64,000 nucleotides of DNA from the IMG/VR virus record IMGVR_UViG_3300012000_000001, positions 133,027 to 197,026 of that record; one strand, written 5' to 3'. Both the position numbers and the translations under genes were made by a program. Below are positions 29,660-39,681 of this stretch, one piece after another; position 1 is the stretch's first letter; each line of letters begins with the position of its first letter. Source of the DNA: a virus. Under the pieces are notes generated by a model that worked only from the letters and a program-made list of their open reading frames with translations, searched no databases and was not told the DNA's origin.

Positions 29660-30508
29660 TCAATAATCTTGATCTGGATCGTATTCCTCATCTTCATCTT
29701 CATATTGATCCCAGTAAGCATCGTCATACTCATCATAAAGATCTTCTTCCTCATCATAGTATTCATCTTCATTGAATTCACTCTTATAAAGAGGCTTAAG
29801 CAATTCTCCTTGATATTCACCAACTACCTCATACTTACAAGTACGAAGTTTTTCATGGTTACAATCGCTTGGAACACTAACAACATCTTTTGGATGAATC
29901 TTAACAATCACAATACGATCACCAGCATCAGCATTGCCATAACCAGCAACGTAGTTCAATGCACCAGCATGAAGTCCTTGTGAACAACCGACCGAACGAT
30001 TGTCATCCACTTTTGCCCTTTGCATTTCGCAAATCTTGCCAACATGATTGTCAAACTTACCAGCATACTTATCCATATAGTCTGACCTAACAGCCTTATA
30101 CGCAAGGAAACAACCATCCTCAGTAATCGGAAGCAGTTCATGCTCCAAGAAATCATACAGTTCCTTTTGACTCTGCATACTTGGATTTTCCATAAGATTA
30201 TTCAGGAAATTAACAAGAGGCTGAAACGGCAGTCCCTTGCTCATAAACTCCAGAATACGCTTACTGATACTACCATGAACTTCTTCATTTTGATAATAAA
30301 CCTTACCATTCTTAACCTCTACCAGACCATCACTAAAATTAGAAACAGCCTTCTCAATATCAACCAGTTCTGCCAATTCATCATTTGTGGCAGTTGGAAG
30401 AGCCTCAAGAATCAGTCTGTAATTAATATGATCTGGAAGAACCTGATGCGCCTTATTATTAATAATCAGCGTCAAGTTACCATCAACCCACATAAAAGGA
30501 ACACTCAT
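29660..30508 (-). CDS. rIIB: rIIB-like lysis inhibition protein
   Basis: NPS...ELYDFL...ITEDGCFLAYKAV, VDDNRSVGCSQGLH, VKIHPKDVVSVP, LRTCKYEVV. Confidence 0.9.
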   Translation of the reverse strand: MSVPFMWVDGNLTLIINNKAHQVLPDHINYRLILEALPTATNDELAELVDIEKAVSNFSDGLVEVKNGKVYYQNEEVHGSISKRILEFMSKGLPFQPLVNFLNNLMENPSMQSQKELYDFLEHELLPITEDGCFLAYKAVRSDYMDKYAGKFDNHVGKICEMQRAKVDDNRSVGCSQGLHAGALNYVAGYGNADAGDRIVIVKIHPKDVVSVPSDCNHEKLRTCKYEVVGEYQGELLKPLYKSEFNEDEYYDEEEDLYDEYDDAYWDQYEDEDEEYDPDQDY

Positions 30509-30533
30509 TTTAAATCTCCTATATCCTGTGAAA

Positions 30534-33203
30534 TTAAATCAAATTACCCAAAGTTTGTCTAAACGTAACCACACCTGCCTCACCACCCAAATTTGTATAC
30601 CAATCACCCTTGCTTCGATAAGAATCATCAAAAGTCTTCAAAGGATTACTACTAGAGATTCTTCTGATGTTCCCGTCGTTTGCGTTGCTACCAACAATAT
30701 ACTTGAGTATCGGACTCTTGTCAACCTCGACTTTAAGAGTTTTTCTGATATCGGACATTTTTGGCAAATTGTCTACGACAGAACCTACTGTACTAGTCTT
30801 ATTAAGACTTTCGGTAATTGGATTAGTATTCTGTTCATCATCATAAAGATTATTTAGCGTTGAGTTCATAGAATTTAGAGAAATATGACTTTCTCTAATC
30901 TTGTCTGGATCGATACCATTAAGATTATATCTCGCAAGAATAGTCGCTATTTTTGCAAAATACTCGTCTTTATTCAGTCTTGGAATATCGAAAGTTACTC
31001 TATGAATTGTTACGGCAAAAAACTCAATGAGTAGCCATTGATCTATTGTTTCACACATAACCTTATTAGAGATATACTTATCGTAATCCAAGCCGAACAA
31101 ATTAATAATATGATACATAATCTGACTATCTGATGATGCTGTACTGTAGTAGTAGTTGTCCGACCTGCCTTCCTTACTACCATATTGTGTACCACAGTAC
31201 TCTATAATATTCTTATAGATAGATACTTGGTCATTAAGCTTATTTAGCATTTTTGTAGCACACTTTTGAAACCAGTCATTGAAAGATACCAGATTGACCC
31301 CATCCTTTTTGAGTTTTTCAACAGCATTTTGCTTGATTGCAAAAATCTTTTGATCATTAAAAAGTTTAGTTCCAAGAACCGTCTTATCGTTTTGAGCCAA
31401 GGAAACAATTTTATTAATCTTAGGATATCCTGCAACAGAGCCGTATCTAAGAATCGGGACATAAATGATTTCATTCTCTTCGTCTTCAATATAGGACATT
31501 AGATCGTCTGACAACTCATTAAGCAAATAGGAGTCATTGATATCATTACCACCAAGTGCTTTGCACTCTTTGTCGGCACCAAGATTCTTGATGGCAAAGA
31601 TTTCATCCTTACTAATGGTTCCAGAAGAACCCCTACTCTTACGAGTACCAGTAGAGAGCAGACTACGATAGGTAGAAACATTAACTACGTTAGTTTCTCC
31701 ACCAATATGCTTGATAAGATTTTCAAAACCTTCAGTAGAATCCTCTGGAGTATCGCTATCAATCATTAGATATGCAAAACAATCATTTTGATTGCAATAC
31801 TTTGTGACAATCTTTTTTGCTGTTTCTGCACCCTTAACATCACATCTGAAAAATACCATTTTACCGGACTTCTTTTCTGAAGACCAATAATATGCTGGTT
31901 TACCCTGTAGTGTTTCATGATGAATCTTATCGGTAAGATAAATCATTCTGCGAGAACGATATCCTGCGGTTCTCCAGTTAAAGACATACAACTGCTTATT
32001 TTTCTTGAACTTATATTCAAGATCCTTACCACTACTCAATTCATGGACAATACCATCTGGATCGGTCCACGATGCACCGGCAGTCCATCCTCCAGCAAGA
32101 TCACTCAGATTATAATATGTGGTATATGCATCAACAAGATTTGTGCAAGACTCAAGTTTCTTACTCATGTCTTCCTTAAGAGAAAGATAAATATGCTGAG
32201 TTTTTTCCTTGAGAGTCTTTATGACTTGCTTAGTATATTGCAAACCTTCTCTTGAAACATCCATTTCCAATTCACCAATACCGAAATGAATTTCAAGATA
32301 TAGGCCGGACCCCAAAATCTCTCTGACTAGATGCTTCCAGTTATCAACATCGGCTTTCTTAAATGCACGATTCCATCTCTGGATATTATCATTATCGATA
32401 TCTTTTTCTTCTCCAACAATCTTATTAGCATCGATGGGATATGCAATATTACCCATGATAGCCACAAGTCCGCTACCGGGGCCATTATAAGCACTTGGGT
32501 ACTGATTATTATTACTAGATACTCTACCAATACGCCAACCCTCACCATCAATAACAACATTGGTATGAGAGTAGGAGTGATCAGAAATACTATCGTCAGT
32601 ACCACCATCAATAATCGGCTTCATCTTAAAATAGTGGAAAATGCGCTTACTCTTGATGGTAAACTCATGAAAATCATGTTGCTTAACAGCGAAACTAATC
32701 TCCAAACCGTTTGGTTCAGACGTATCGGTAATACCAAACAGATTCAGACTAGGCACACCACTTTCATCCATAGCAGCAATATAAGAATACTTTTTGCCAT
32801 TATGATACGATGTCGTACTAAAACTCTTTGTATAAGCAAATGGACTCTTGCTCCCCAAGCCCAAACATCCGACAAAATCATTGCTATCATTTTTATTGGA
32901 TGCACCATACGTTGTATACAGTTCTTCCATATCTTTTTGGCTAAGACCGGTGCCATAATCACGCACAGTAAAAGACGGGGAAGCCTGAGTAGGCAGACTA
33001 ATCTTAAAAGGATTTTTGTTACCGGCAGCGATATGAGCATCATAAGCATTAGTAGAAAGCTCACGAATAACTGCCATTACCTTATCAGAGTACAAAGAAT
33101 CTGAAAGGATCTTAAACATTTTGCTTGTTTGAGCAATAGTAAACTGATTTGTGCTATCCAAACCGCGACTGTGAATCTCAACCGTTCTATCTGCCAACTT
33201 CAT
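30534..33203 (-). CDS. rIIA: rIIA-like protein (GHKL ATPase N-terminus)
   Basis: AVIRELSTNAYD, VRDYGTGLS, GLGSKSPFAY, FGIGELEMDVSREGL; adjacent to rIIB. Confidence 0.9.
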   Translation of the reverse strand: MKLADRTVEIHSRGLDSTNQFTIAQTSKMFKILSDSLYSDKVMAVIRELSTNAYDAHIAAGNKNPFKISLPTQASPSFTVRDYGTGLSQKDMEELYTTYGASNKNDSNDFVGCLGLGSKSPFAYTKSFSTTSYHNGKKYSYIAAMDESGVPSLNLFGITDTSEPNGLEISFAVKQHDFHEFTIKSKRIFHYFKMKPIIDGGTDDSISDHSYSHTNVVIDGEGWRIGRVSSNNNQYPSAYNGPGSGLVAIMGNIAYPIDANKIVGEEKDIDNDNIQRWNRAFKKADVDNWKHLVREILGSGLYLEIHFGIGELEMDVSREGLQYTKQVIKTLKEKTQHIYLSLKEDMSKKLESCTNLVDAYTTYYNLSDLAGGWTAGASWTDPDGIVHELSSGKDLEYKFKKNKQLYVFNWRTAGYRSRRMIYLTDKIHHETLQGKPAYYWSSEKKSGKMVFFRCDVKGAETAKKIVTKYCNQNDCFAYLMIDSDTPEDSTEGFENLIKHIGGETNVVNVSTYRSLLSTGTRKSRGSSGTISKDEIFAIKNLGADKECKALGGNDINDSYLLNELSDDLMSYIEDEENEIIYVPILRYGSVAGYPKINKIVSLAQNDKTVLGTKLFNDQKIFAIKQNAVEKLKKDGVNLVSFNDWFQKCATKMLNKLNDQVSIYKNIIEYCGTQYGSKEGRSDNYYYSTASSDSQIMYHIINLFGLDYDKYISNKVMCETIDQWLLIEFFAVTIHRVTFDIPRLNKDEYFAKIATILARYNLNGIDPDKIRESHISLNSMNSTLNNLYDDEQNTNPITESLNKTSTVGSVVDNLPKMSDIRKTLKVEVDKSPILKYIVGSNANDGNIRRISSSNPLKTFDDSYRSKGDWYTNLGGEAGVVTFRQTLGNLI

Positions 33204-33246
33204 TATTCTTCTCCAAAAGTGTCGTTATCGAACCTGTGATGTTCGT

Positions 33247-33275
33247 ATTATAACATCGGCAATCAGTGCTGTCAA
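33247..33275 (-). promoter_or_regulatory. Perfect consensus sigma70 promoter for rIIA
   Basis: TTGACA-N17-TATAAT. Confidence 0.9.
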
Positions 33276-33278
33276 GCC

Positions 33279-33515
33279 TTAATTATTTTTCTCAACTGTC
33301 GTTATGGCAACATAGCCACAATAGATGGGTATCAATCCTATATACCATACCGGAATTCCTATTGAACAAAACCAGATACCCGAAATAAAAGATATAGTAG
33401 ATAATATATAAACTATAATTTTTGGAAATTTTATTTTTGCTAGTATAATTGTTATCGGACCAATCAAAATAATAAATATCAGAATGATAGATACTAATAA
33501 AGCTAAACTAGCCAT
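33279..33515 (-). CDS. Small membrane protein
   Basis: Hydrophobic helices. Confidence 0.7.
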   Translation of the reverse strand: MASLALLVSIILIFIILIGPITIILAKIKFPKIIVYILSTISFISGIWFCSIGIPVWYIGLIPIYCGYVAITTVEKNN

Positions 33516-33814
33516 TATTCATCATCCGAGTCATAATTATCATATTCTTCCGGCTCGTAATCTTCGTCGTAAGGACTCCATTCTGTATTATATTTTTCTT
33601 GTTCTTCATCCTGATATTCTTCTAGTATTTCGGCAGCATCCATGATAACTTCTAGTTGTTGAATCTTTTCTATCAATAGACTCATTTTAGCGTCTAAACT
33701 TTTTATTGCTTTTTTGATATCTCCAATATCTTTTGATAGATGACTGTCTACTCTATGAATTTCTTGATTGGATTTTGCGATTTGCTTTAGAATATTATCA
33801 AAATCTTTTGACAT
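33515..33814 (-). CDS. Coiled-coil hypothetical protein with acidic tail
   Basis: ORF track. Confidence 0.7.
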   Translation of the reverse strand: MSKDFDNILKQIAKSNQEIHRVDSHLSKDIGDIKKAIKSLDAKMSLLIEKIQQLEVIMDAAEILEEYQDEEQEKYNTEWSPYDEDYEPEEYDNYDSDDE

Positions 33815-33826
33815 CCATTGTACCCA

Positions 33827-34147
33827 TTATAATTTTTTGTATTCTTTGATATCTCCGTTTTCAGCAATTTTCTTATCTTCATACTGACTACCAACACGAC
33901 GATAAAATTCTTGCTTTATATTCTCTAATACACCAGTTATCATAGCAATTTTACTGTATGATACCGGCATCATTAACTGCCCTAAAATACGACTAAAAGT
34001 ATAGTTAATATCCCCTACTATTTGTAGGAATTCTTCATTTGAGAGAGTAGATGTTGAGTCCTTATTCAAGTTAGACTTTAAGCATACCACCATATCCTCT
34101 ATACAGTTGTCTAAATTTTGTCGATTATCTTCACTAATATATGGCAT
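33827..34147 (-). CDS. Conserved phage protein (DUF6899-like)
   Basis: MPYI, GDINY, GVLE..KQEFYRRV...YEDKKIAENGD. Confidence 0.7.
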   Translation of the reverse strand: MPYISEDNRQNLDNCIEDMVVCLKSNLNKDSTSTLSNEEFLQIVGDINYTFSRILGQLMMPVSYSKIAMITGVLENIKQEFYRRVGSQYEDKKIAENGDIKEYKKL

Positions 34148-34148
34148 T

Positions 34149-34676
34149 TTAATCCTCGCATTTACATAGGTATTTGTTACAGTAGGTACATTTTGGGCCT
34201 GGGTCTGGATTACCCCACGCATTACTATAACCGTTAAAACTCTCTTTGCCAGTGTCTATACATACCAATTTTTTAGATCGCCCCCTCTTGACAAAGCCGA
34301 TATTATACCAATGACAATCCCAAAATTTTAACTTTGTTTTTGCTGTTATGTTCTCTACTAAGTCTTGTAGTAGTATCATTGTTTTTCTGGTATGATTAAC
34401 TGGCAGTGCTTTTTCTGTAACATATCCCCATGAGCTTTTTTCATTAGTGAAAGATAACCATGAAACTGGAGAATAATCTAATTTACAAATCTTCCCATAT
34501 ACATTGGGGGCAAAACCATATTTAGCCAATACTTGTTGGTATTCTAATGCTTCTTTTGCTTTCTTTTTTGAACAAAACTGCTTGAATACTATATTATCAT
34601 AACCAACTAAACTGGCTACGTTACAATATCCCCCTTCATAGTAGTCTTTAGATATGTCTATTAATAGATTATCCAT
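34149..34676 (-). CDS. Protein kinase-like fold protein
   Basis: GGYCNV, VFKQF, DCHWYNIG, LVCIDTG. Confidence 0.6.
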   Translation of the reverse strand: MDNLLIDISKDYYEGGYCNVASLVGYDNIVFKQFCSKKKAKEALEYQQVLAKYGFAPNVYGKICKLDYSPVSWLSFTNEKSSWGYVTEKALPVNHTRKTMILLQDLVENITAKTKLKFWDCHWYNIGFVKRGRSKKLVCIDTGKESFNGYSNAWGNPDPGPKCTYCNKYLCKCED

Positions 34677-34678
34677 GA

Positions 34679-34996
34679 TTAATATGATATAATTTGAGGG
34701 ATTTCCCCGGTAATATTATACAAGAATTCTTTGGCCTTATCTAAGGAGTAGAACTCTCCTAAAAAGATAACTGAATATCTATCATCGTATTCATATCTCT
34801 TGCCATATATTTGGTAGAATGGCTCATCAAGAGCCTCTTCTTCTGTATCTAGAAATTGTTCGGCACTTTTAATTTGGTCTATAAATGTACCGCCTTCGTA
34901 ATCTGGAAATTCTCTTACAGTTACTAGTTCAAAATATTCTATCGGAGATTTTGGATTAGTATTTCTAATCAAACCATTACACAGAGTATTAGTCAT
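34679..34996 (-). CDS. Hypothetical protein
   Basis: ORF track. Confidence 0.65.
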   Translation of the reverse strand: MTNTLCNGLIRNTNPKSPIEYFELVTVREFPDYEGGTFIDQIKSAEQFLDTEEEALDEPFYQIYGKRYEYDDRYSVIFLGEFYSLDKAKEFLYNITGEIPQIISY

Positions 34997-35297
34997 TGGT
35001 TTTCCTATATAGTGGAACTACTGTAGTTTGATCAACATAAGGATTATTTTGAATTCTAAGATCGAATAAATCCCCACGATCATTTATCCTAGCCCAAGCG
35101 ACAGGACTAGCAAAATTTTGCCCTCTCAGTTTTTTGAGTTCATCCTTTGCATTATTTACCCAAAACAGATCAGCACCGGATGCCCAAGCAAAATCAATGA
35201 TAGACTCAAGAGGATCAGCATTTTTATCCATATAGCCTGCCAGTTCTATAAAAGTCTTTCGTATACTATCTTCCCAATTTTCATATTCTTCGATCAT
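34989..35297 (-). CDS. Hypothetical protein
   Basis: ORF track. Confidence 0.65.
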   Translation of the reverse strand: MIEEYENWEDSIRKTFIELAGYMDKNADPLESIIDFAWASGADLFWVNNAKDELKKLRGQNFASPVAWARINDRGDLFDLRIQNNPYVDQTTVVPLYRKTND

Positions 35298-35520
35298 TTT
35301 GTAGTTTCGCTACTTTTTCTTCCAGAATCCTGACTCGCTCATAGATATCATAATTAGCTAATGGTAGTAAATCTTTTGCTGGGGTTTTACCATCGCCAAT
35401 TCTAGTGTCCCATATTTGTTGGATAGGATCTTTTTCGTATAGAAATACTTCTCCCGGTCTAGGAATATATTCAGAGCCGTGTTTAGCTTTTCCAATACCA
35501 AAATATGCGGTCATGCTCAA
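35281..35520 (-). CDS. Small protein with Mtd_N/hyaluronidase-N-like motif
   Basis: PRPGEV...DTRIGDGKTPAKDL. Confidence 0.55.
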   Translation of the reverse strand: MSMTAYFGIGKAKHGSEYIPRPGEVFLYEKDPIQQIWDTRIGDGKTPAKDLLPLANYDIYERVRILEEKVAKLQNDRRI

Positions 35521-35732
35521 ACAAATCCTATGCGAGTCTTTTCGCTCATAGTAACTTCAATTTCATTTTCATGAAACCGTTTACTGTCGTGAGAGCGACC
35601 GTTCCACCAAGAACATTCATAGGTTACATGATTGTTTCCGCGAATACATACAGCAGAAATCACACCATAAACATCTTCTGCCAACTTAACCTTACTTCCA
35701 ATCTTAAATGTTTCCAGAGAATTTTTAGTCAT
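35517..35732 (-). CDS. Hypothetical protein (SH3-like)
   Basis: FKIGSKVKL...YECSWW. Confidence 0.6.
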   Translation of the reverse strand: MTKNSLETFKIGSKVKLAEDVYGVISAVCIRGNNHVTYECSWWNGRSHDSKRFHENEIEVTMSEKTRIGFV

Positions 35733-35743
35733 ATATTTCCTTA

Positions 35744-35977
35744 TTAAGTTAATCCAGCTTCTTCTGAAGCATCATAATATCCAGTATCGTATCCTTGACC
35801 ATGACCAACAGTATAAGCTGCCATGAGCCACTTTATAATCTCGTCAGTTGTGTTTTCTGCAACATCAAGCTTTATATCACCTATAATTCGATCTATTCTT
35901 GGACCGAATTTTTCATCTTGATATAACCATTTGTCGAATGTCATAAGATTTCTTTTCTGTGAAGTTTCATATGGCAA
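35744..35977 (-). CDS. Hypothetical protein
   Basis: ORF track. Confidence 0.6.
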   Translation of the reverse strand: MPYETSQKRNLMTFDKWLYQDEKFGPRIDRIIGDIKLDVAENTTDEIIKWLMAAYTVGHGQGYDTGYYDASEEAGLT

Positions 35978-36411
35978 TTAGCACACAATAGTATACATTT
36001 CTTGATTTCTTTTAATATTGTTATCCAAGCTTTATGCCAATTACTACATAAGTTGAATTTTTTTGTATTTGGGTTTTTATGATGAAAAGTTAAAACATCA
36101 TGGTCACAATTTCCACAATTATTGCATTTACCCCCAAGAATATTTATAGCTTTCGCTCTTTGATTGCCTCTTCTTTTAAAGGTTCTACAAGTAGGACAAA
36201 CATTATTTTTTGTCCATTTGAAATCTCTACTACATTCAGTGCAATGTTTTTTACTATTTTTATTTCTTTGTGGAAGATGCAGTCTTTTTGTATTGCGTTT
36301 ACCAAATGGCGAACATCCTAGACAATATATTCTTTTATTTATGTTTCTTTCTATTCCATCAATTACAACACGATTTTTAAATTTTTTTGAACACTTTAAG
36401 CATTTTTTCAT
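35941..36411 (-). CDS. HNH homing endonuclease with Zn-finger
   Basis: LGGKCNNCG...LTFHHKNP..K...EIKKCILLCANCH. Confidence 0.85.
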   Translation of the reverse strand: MKKCLKCSKKFKNRVVIDGIERNINKRIYCLGCSPFGKRNTKRLHLPQRNKNSKKHCTECSRDFKWTKNNVCPTCRTFKRRGNQRAKAINILGGKCNNCGNCDHDVLTFHHKNPNTKKFNLCSNWHKAWITILKEIKKCILLCANCHMKLHRKEIL

Positions 36412-36485
36412 CTTTCCATCTCCTGAATGTAGTCTAATTATGATTTACACCGAAAATGAAAATATCTACCATTTATCCTACATAG

Positions 36486-36570
36486 TGCCGGGGGCGGGAT
36501 TCGAACCCGCAGCGTTTCTAATGTGGGGGATTTTAAGTCCCCTGTGTTTCGCCAATTTCACCACCCCGGC
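36486..36570 (-). tRNA. trnL: tRNA-Leu (anticodon TAA)
   Basis: GCCGGGGTGGTGAAATTGG...GGGGA-CTTAAAA-TCCCC, long variable arm, GCGGGTTCGAATCCCGC, CCCCGGCA; CCA not encoded. Confidence 0.95.
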
Positions 36571-36572
36571 AT

Positions 36573-36657
36573 GATACCCCTGATTACCCAAACTAGTGAC
36601 TTGAGGTTGATTATTGAATGTTGTAGCCTCATAGTTTAGTTTGAGTAGCAGGGATAC
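36573..36657 (-). ncRNA. Long rod-like hairpin directly 5' of tRNA-Leu
   Basis: Stems of 9, 11 and 5 bp with G-U pairs on the minus strand. Confidence 0.45.
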
Positions 36658-36669
36658 TTTGGATTTAAA

Positions 36670-36954
36670 TCAGCCGTTGCTATGAGCAGCCCTGAGTTTC
36701 TGTACGATCTCAGCCATAGCCTCAACATTATCCACGGTCTTAGTAGGCTTCTTTCGCTCCATCTCAGGAAGCGTAATGCCCTTTTCGGCAAGAGCCTTCT
36801 TTGTACGCGAATAACGAGCCATCGTACTCGCAACCTTCTGACCAGTCTTTGACGCAATTTCAGCATAAGTCTTGCTGGAAAAAACAGCCTCAAGGAACTG
36901 CTCATCACTGCAACGAACTCTAGTCTGCTTATCTGTAGTAGAAACTTCAGCCAT
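36670..36954 (-). CDS. Small HTH DNA-binding protein (start MAEV at 36954)
   Basis: SKTYAEIASKTGQKVASTMARYSR; GGAGG RBS. Confidence 0.7.
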   Translation of the reverse strand: MAEVSTTDKQTRVRCSDEQFLEAVFSSKTYAEIASKTGQKVASTMARYSRTKKALAEKGITLPEMERKKPTKTVDNVEAMAEIVQKLRAAHSNG

Positions 36955-37031
36955 AATCAACCTCCAAATCATATCCAAGTTAGTGTCACTGTCGAACCCC
37001 ACGCGGGATTCATGTCACAGTTGACTCTTTC

Positions 37032-37060
37032 ATTCTACAACACTGTATCGGCTATGTCAA
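37032..37060 (-). promoter_or_regulatory. Sigma70-type promoter
   Basis: TTGACA-N17-TAGAAT. Confidence 0.85.
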
Positions 37061-37112
37061 CTAGCGTCCTTGAAATTTTTTTTGATTCCTGTTCTGGTGC
37101 TGAACCTTGCAA

Positions 37113-37958
37113 CTAGTCAACAAATATTCCTTGAAATTCCTTTAACAAAAATTCGCGGAGTTCCTTAGCATCTTTGTGGTTTCTTAAATGTTCTAGCAAC
37201 TTATCCTGTTCTGCAAACGGGAATTTTTCCTGTCCTTTAAAAAAAATTCTTTCTGATTTAATCAAATAATATTGAATAGCATTTTTAAATTGTATATTTT
37301 TATCCCAATACTCAGTATCGTTATTTTTAACGGCCAATGCTAATGCTGTGCAGTAAATGCCAAACTCTAATGCTCCAGATACGCAGTCTGATTTTTCAGT
37401 TCCTATCCCCATCTCGCTATCATCCACAGCACTTTCAGCGCCAGCAATATATGCTGACCATTCATCTATGGGATATGTAGGAACATCATCCCAATGTCCC
37501 AGTTGTTTTACAAAATAAAGATTATATCTATAGCCCCTTAAAATAGTTGGAATATATGGAACAATGTCTCTCATATGAATAGATGGATTGAGGACAACTA
37601 TCCCCTTGCCGTCACCCGCATAAAAACCATTAACATTTTTTTTGAGCAATTTTTTATAAGAATTTCTTAATTCACTATTGATACCATGTACAGTCTCATG
37701 GGCAGATGTACTTCGTCCATGAATATCTTCAAAAGATTTTTCTTTAGAATAAGATAATATTTGATTATATGTCAAGGTATCAGGCAGTATCTCTCTATAT
37801 TTTTCTAAATCCACTAGAACTAAACCAACAGAGATAACTCTTGTGCTAGATTTTACAGTGTAAGATACGTTAAAAGTATGGAAACGGCCCTCTGCCATAG
37901 ATACACACGGCATTAAACATAAAAACAACACCACGATTTTAATTAATTGGTTGATCAT
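37113..37958 (-). CDS. Secreted protein with HExxH motif (putative metallopeptidase)
   Basis: Signal peptide; AHETVH and downstream DEWSAY. Confidence 0.55.
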   Translation of the reverse strand: MINQLIKIVVLFLCLMPCVSMAEGRFHTFNVSYTVKSSTRVISVGLVLVDLEKYREILPDTLTYNQILSYSKEKSFEDIHGRSTSAHETVHGINSELRNSYKKLLKKNVNGFYAGDGKGIVVLNPSIHMRDIVPYIPTILRGYRYNLYFVKQLGHWDDVPTYPIDEWSAYIAGAESAVDDSEMGIGTEKSDCVSGALEFGIYCTALALAVKNNDTEYWDKNIQFKNAIQYYLIKSERIFFKGQEKFPFAEQDKLLEHLRNHKDAKELREFLLKEFQGIFVD

Positions 37959-38419
37959 GGTAAATTACCATTCAACCAAGTTTCGTAGTCTGGGCGTTTG
38001 TATCCGCTTTTTCGTGCGGACTCAGCTCCATCTGTCAAAATTACAGAAGTAGGCAATCCTTTAATTTTATATTTATTTACCAGTTCTTTTTGTTTATCAG
38101 TATCTAAAAAACAAACAATATATTGTTTTAAAAGATCAATGTTCTTTGAATCTTTTTTAAGGTCTTTGCAATAAGGACACCACGAAGCACCAAAAATTAA
38201 AACTATTGGTTTTTTAACTTTTTTACTTAATGCTATGGCTTTGTCATATTCATCGTATAGCACATAGTCGATAACCACAGGAACTTCTGGCTGCGGTTTC
38301 GGAATAATATTTGGTACAACTACTGGAACTGTTGGTGCTGGTATTGGCTTTGTATTATTGATATAATATGCAACTAAAGACATACCAACCATTAGTATCA
38401 ATTGATCTATTTTTTTCAT
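37955..38419 (-). CDS. Membrane-anchored thioredoxin-like protein
   Basis: GASWCPYC, GLPT. Confidence 0.88.
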   Translation of the reverse strand: MKKIDQLILMVGMSLVAYYINNTKPIPAPTVPVVVPNIIPKPQPEVPVVIDYVLYDEYDKAIALSKKVKKPIVLIFGASWCPYCKDLKKDSKNIDLLKQYIVCFLDTDKQKELVNKYKIKGLPTSVILTDGAESARKSGYKRPDYETWLNGNLP

Positions 38420-38489
38420 TGATACTTTTCCTTTGATGAAGAGGAGAAAATAATTTAGTCATTATATTTTACACCAAGTTGGTAATAAT

Positions 38490-38675
38490 TTATTGATCCT
38501 CTGATGGTAAGATAATGGCTAATAATATATATATCCACAGCAATAAGCTGCCAGTAAAAATAGCCCCTAAAATAAACAATAATCTGACTATAACAACATC
38601 TAGGCCCAATGCTTTAGAAAGGCCACAGCAAACTCCAAATAATTTACCCTTAGAGGACTTTATTAATTTAGACAT
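38490..38675 (-). CDS. PspC domain protein
   Basis: GKLFGVCCGLSKALGLDVVIVRLLF...YILLAIILP. Confidence 0.85.
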   Translation of the reverse strand: MSKLIKSSKGKLFGVCCGLSKALGLDVVIVRLLFILGAIFTGSLLLWIYILLAIILPSEDQ

Positions 38676-38818
38676 TCTAGTTTCTCTCTTGCGTGAGTAT
38701 TGTTATGTTGGATATAAGATTCTCAATAGTGGACGGATTGTATCCAGATACTAGATAGGAGTTATATAGTCCTAAAACCGGAATAAGTTCATTGATCATA
38801 TGGAGTCCTTTTGGTAGA

Positions 38819-39085
38819 TTAAGACACTGTTACCTTTAATATAATACAGTCATCCTGATCACAAGCAATATTTTGAATGCTTACTATCCTCCCTTTGCCC
38901 AAGAAAGAATCACCAACAACCAGAAAAGGTCCGCCTTGCATATTGGCGGAGGTAATACAAGACTCATCAAACTGACAACCAAATCTCACCCAATCGCACT
39001 GACCCTCTAAAAAATATTCTTTTTCGCTAATTTGTGTAATTATTATTTGATTTTTACCCTTAACAGATCGGGAACACTGGCTCAT
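38819..39085 (-). CDS. Hypothetical protein
   Basis: ORF track. Confidence 0.6.
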   Translation of the reverse strand: MSQCSRSVKGKNQIIITQISEKEYFLEGQCDWVRFGCQFDESCITSANMQGGPFLVVGDSFLGKGRIVSIQNIACDQDDCIILKVTVS

Positions 39086-39278
39086 TCACAGCCTCGCTAT
39101 CAATCGCATAACCTTCTTTATTTTCTGACGCTAGGCTATTAAAAACGTCTTTTAGTCTTGTGTTTTCTTCTTCAAGCTTACGCATTATTAACTCTGCTTC
39201 ATTTAAAGCCTTTTGCAGATATCTGATTCGATTAATAAACTCTCCGGCCATATATTCGTTAGCAGTTTTTACTACCAT
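39060..39278 (-). CDS. Coiled-coil hypothetical protein
   Basis: ORF track. Confidence 0.6.
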   Translation of the reverse strand: MVVKTANEYMAGEFINRIRYLQKALNEAELIMRKLEEENTRLKDVFNSLASENKEGYAIDSEAVNEPVFPIC

Positions 39279-39331
39279 AGGTTGGCCTCCATATTACTGG
39301 CGAAGGTTGAGAATAGAATATTTATACACCT

Positions 39332-39616
39332 TTAGCGGTCTAAATTTATCATATTCAAAAAACTTTTAAGATCTTTTAGTTGTTTATGGTCCATCATTAT
39401 CTGATCAGCATAAGGTTTTTTATGCCACAAAACCTGCCAGCAATATCGCAGTCTCTGCCATAATGACATCTTGTATCTAAATGCTACGTCTGTTTGATAA
39501 ATGGCAACGTCAGCCATTTTCCATTCATGGTCATATTCAATCATTAAAATCTCACTACGACAACCACAAGGCATAAATAATGTTTTATTATTGTTTAGGT
39601 CGCTTACAATTCCCAT
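39332..39616 (-). CDS. Hypothetical protein
   Basis: ORF track. Confidence 0.65.
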   Translation of the reverse strand: MGIVSDLNNNKTLFMPCGCRSEILMIEYDHEWKMADVAIYQTDVAFRYKMSLWQRLRYCWQVLWHKKPYADQIMMDHKQLKDLKSFLNMINLDR

Positions 39617-39681
39617 GTTTAAAAATCCTGTCGTAATTTTTAGCCCAGGTTTTATTGTCTACCGATTTTGATCTTGGCTTA

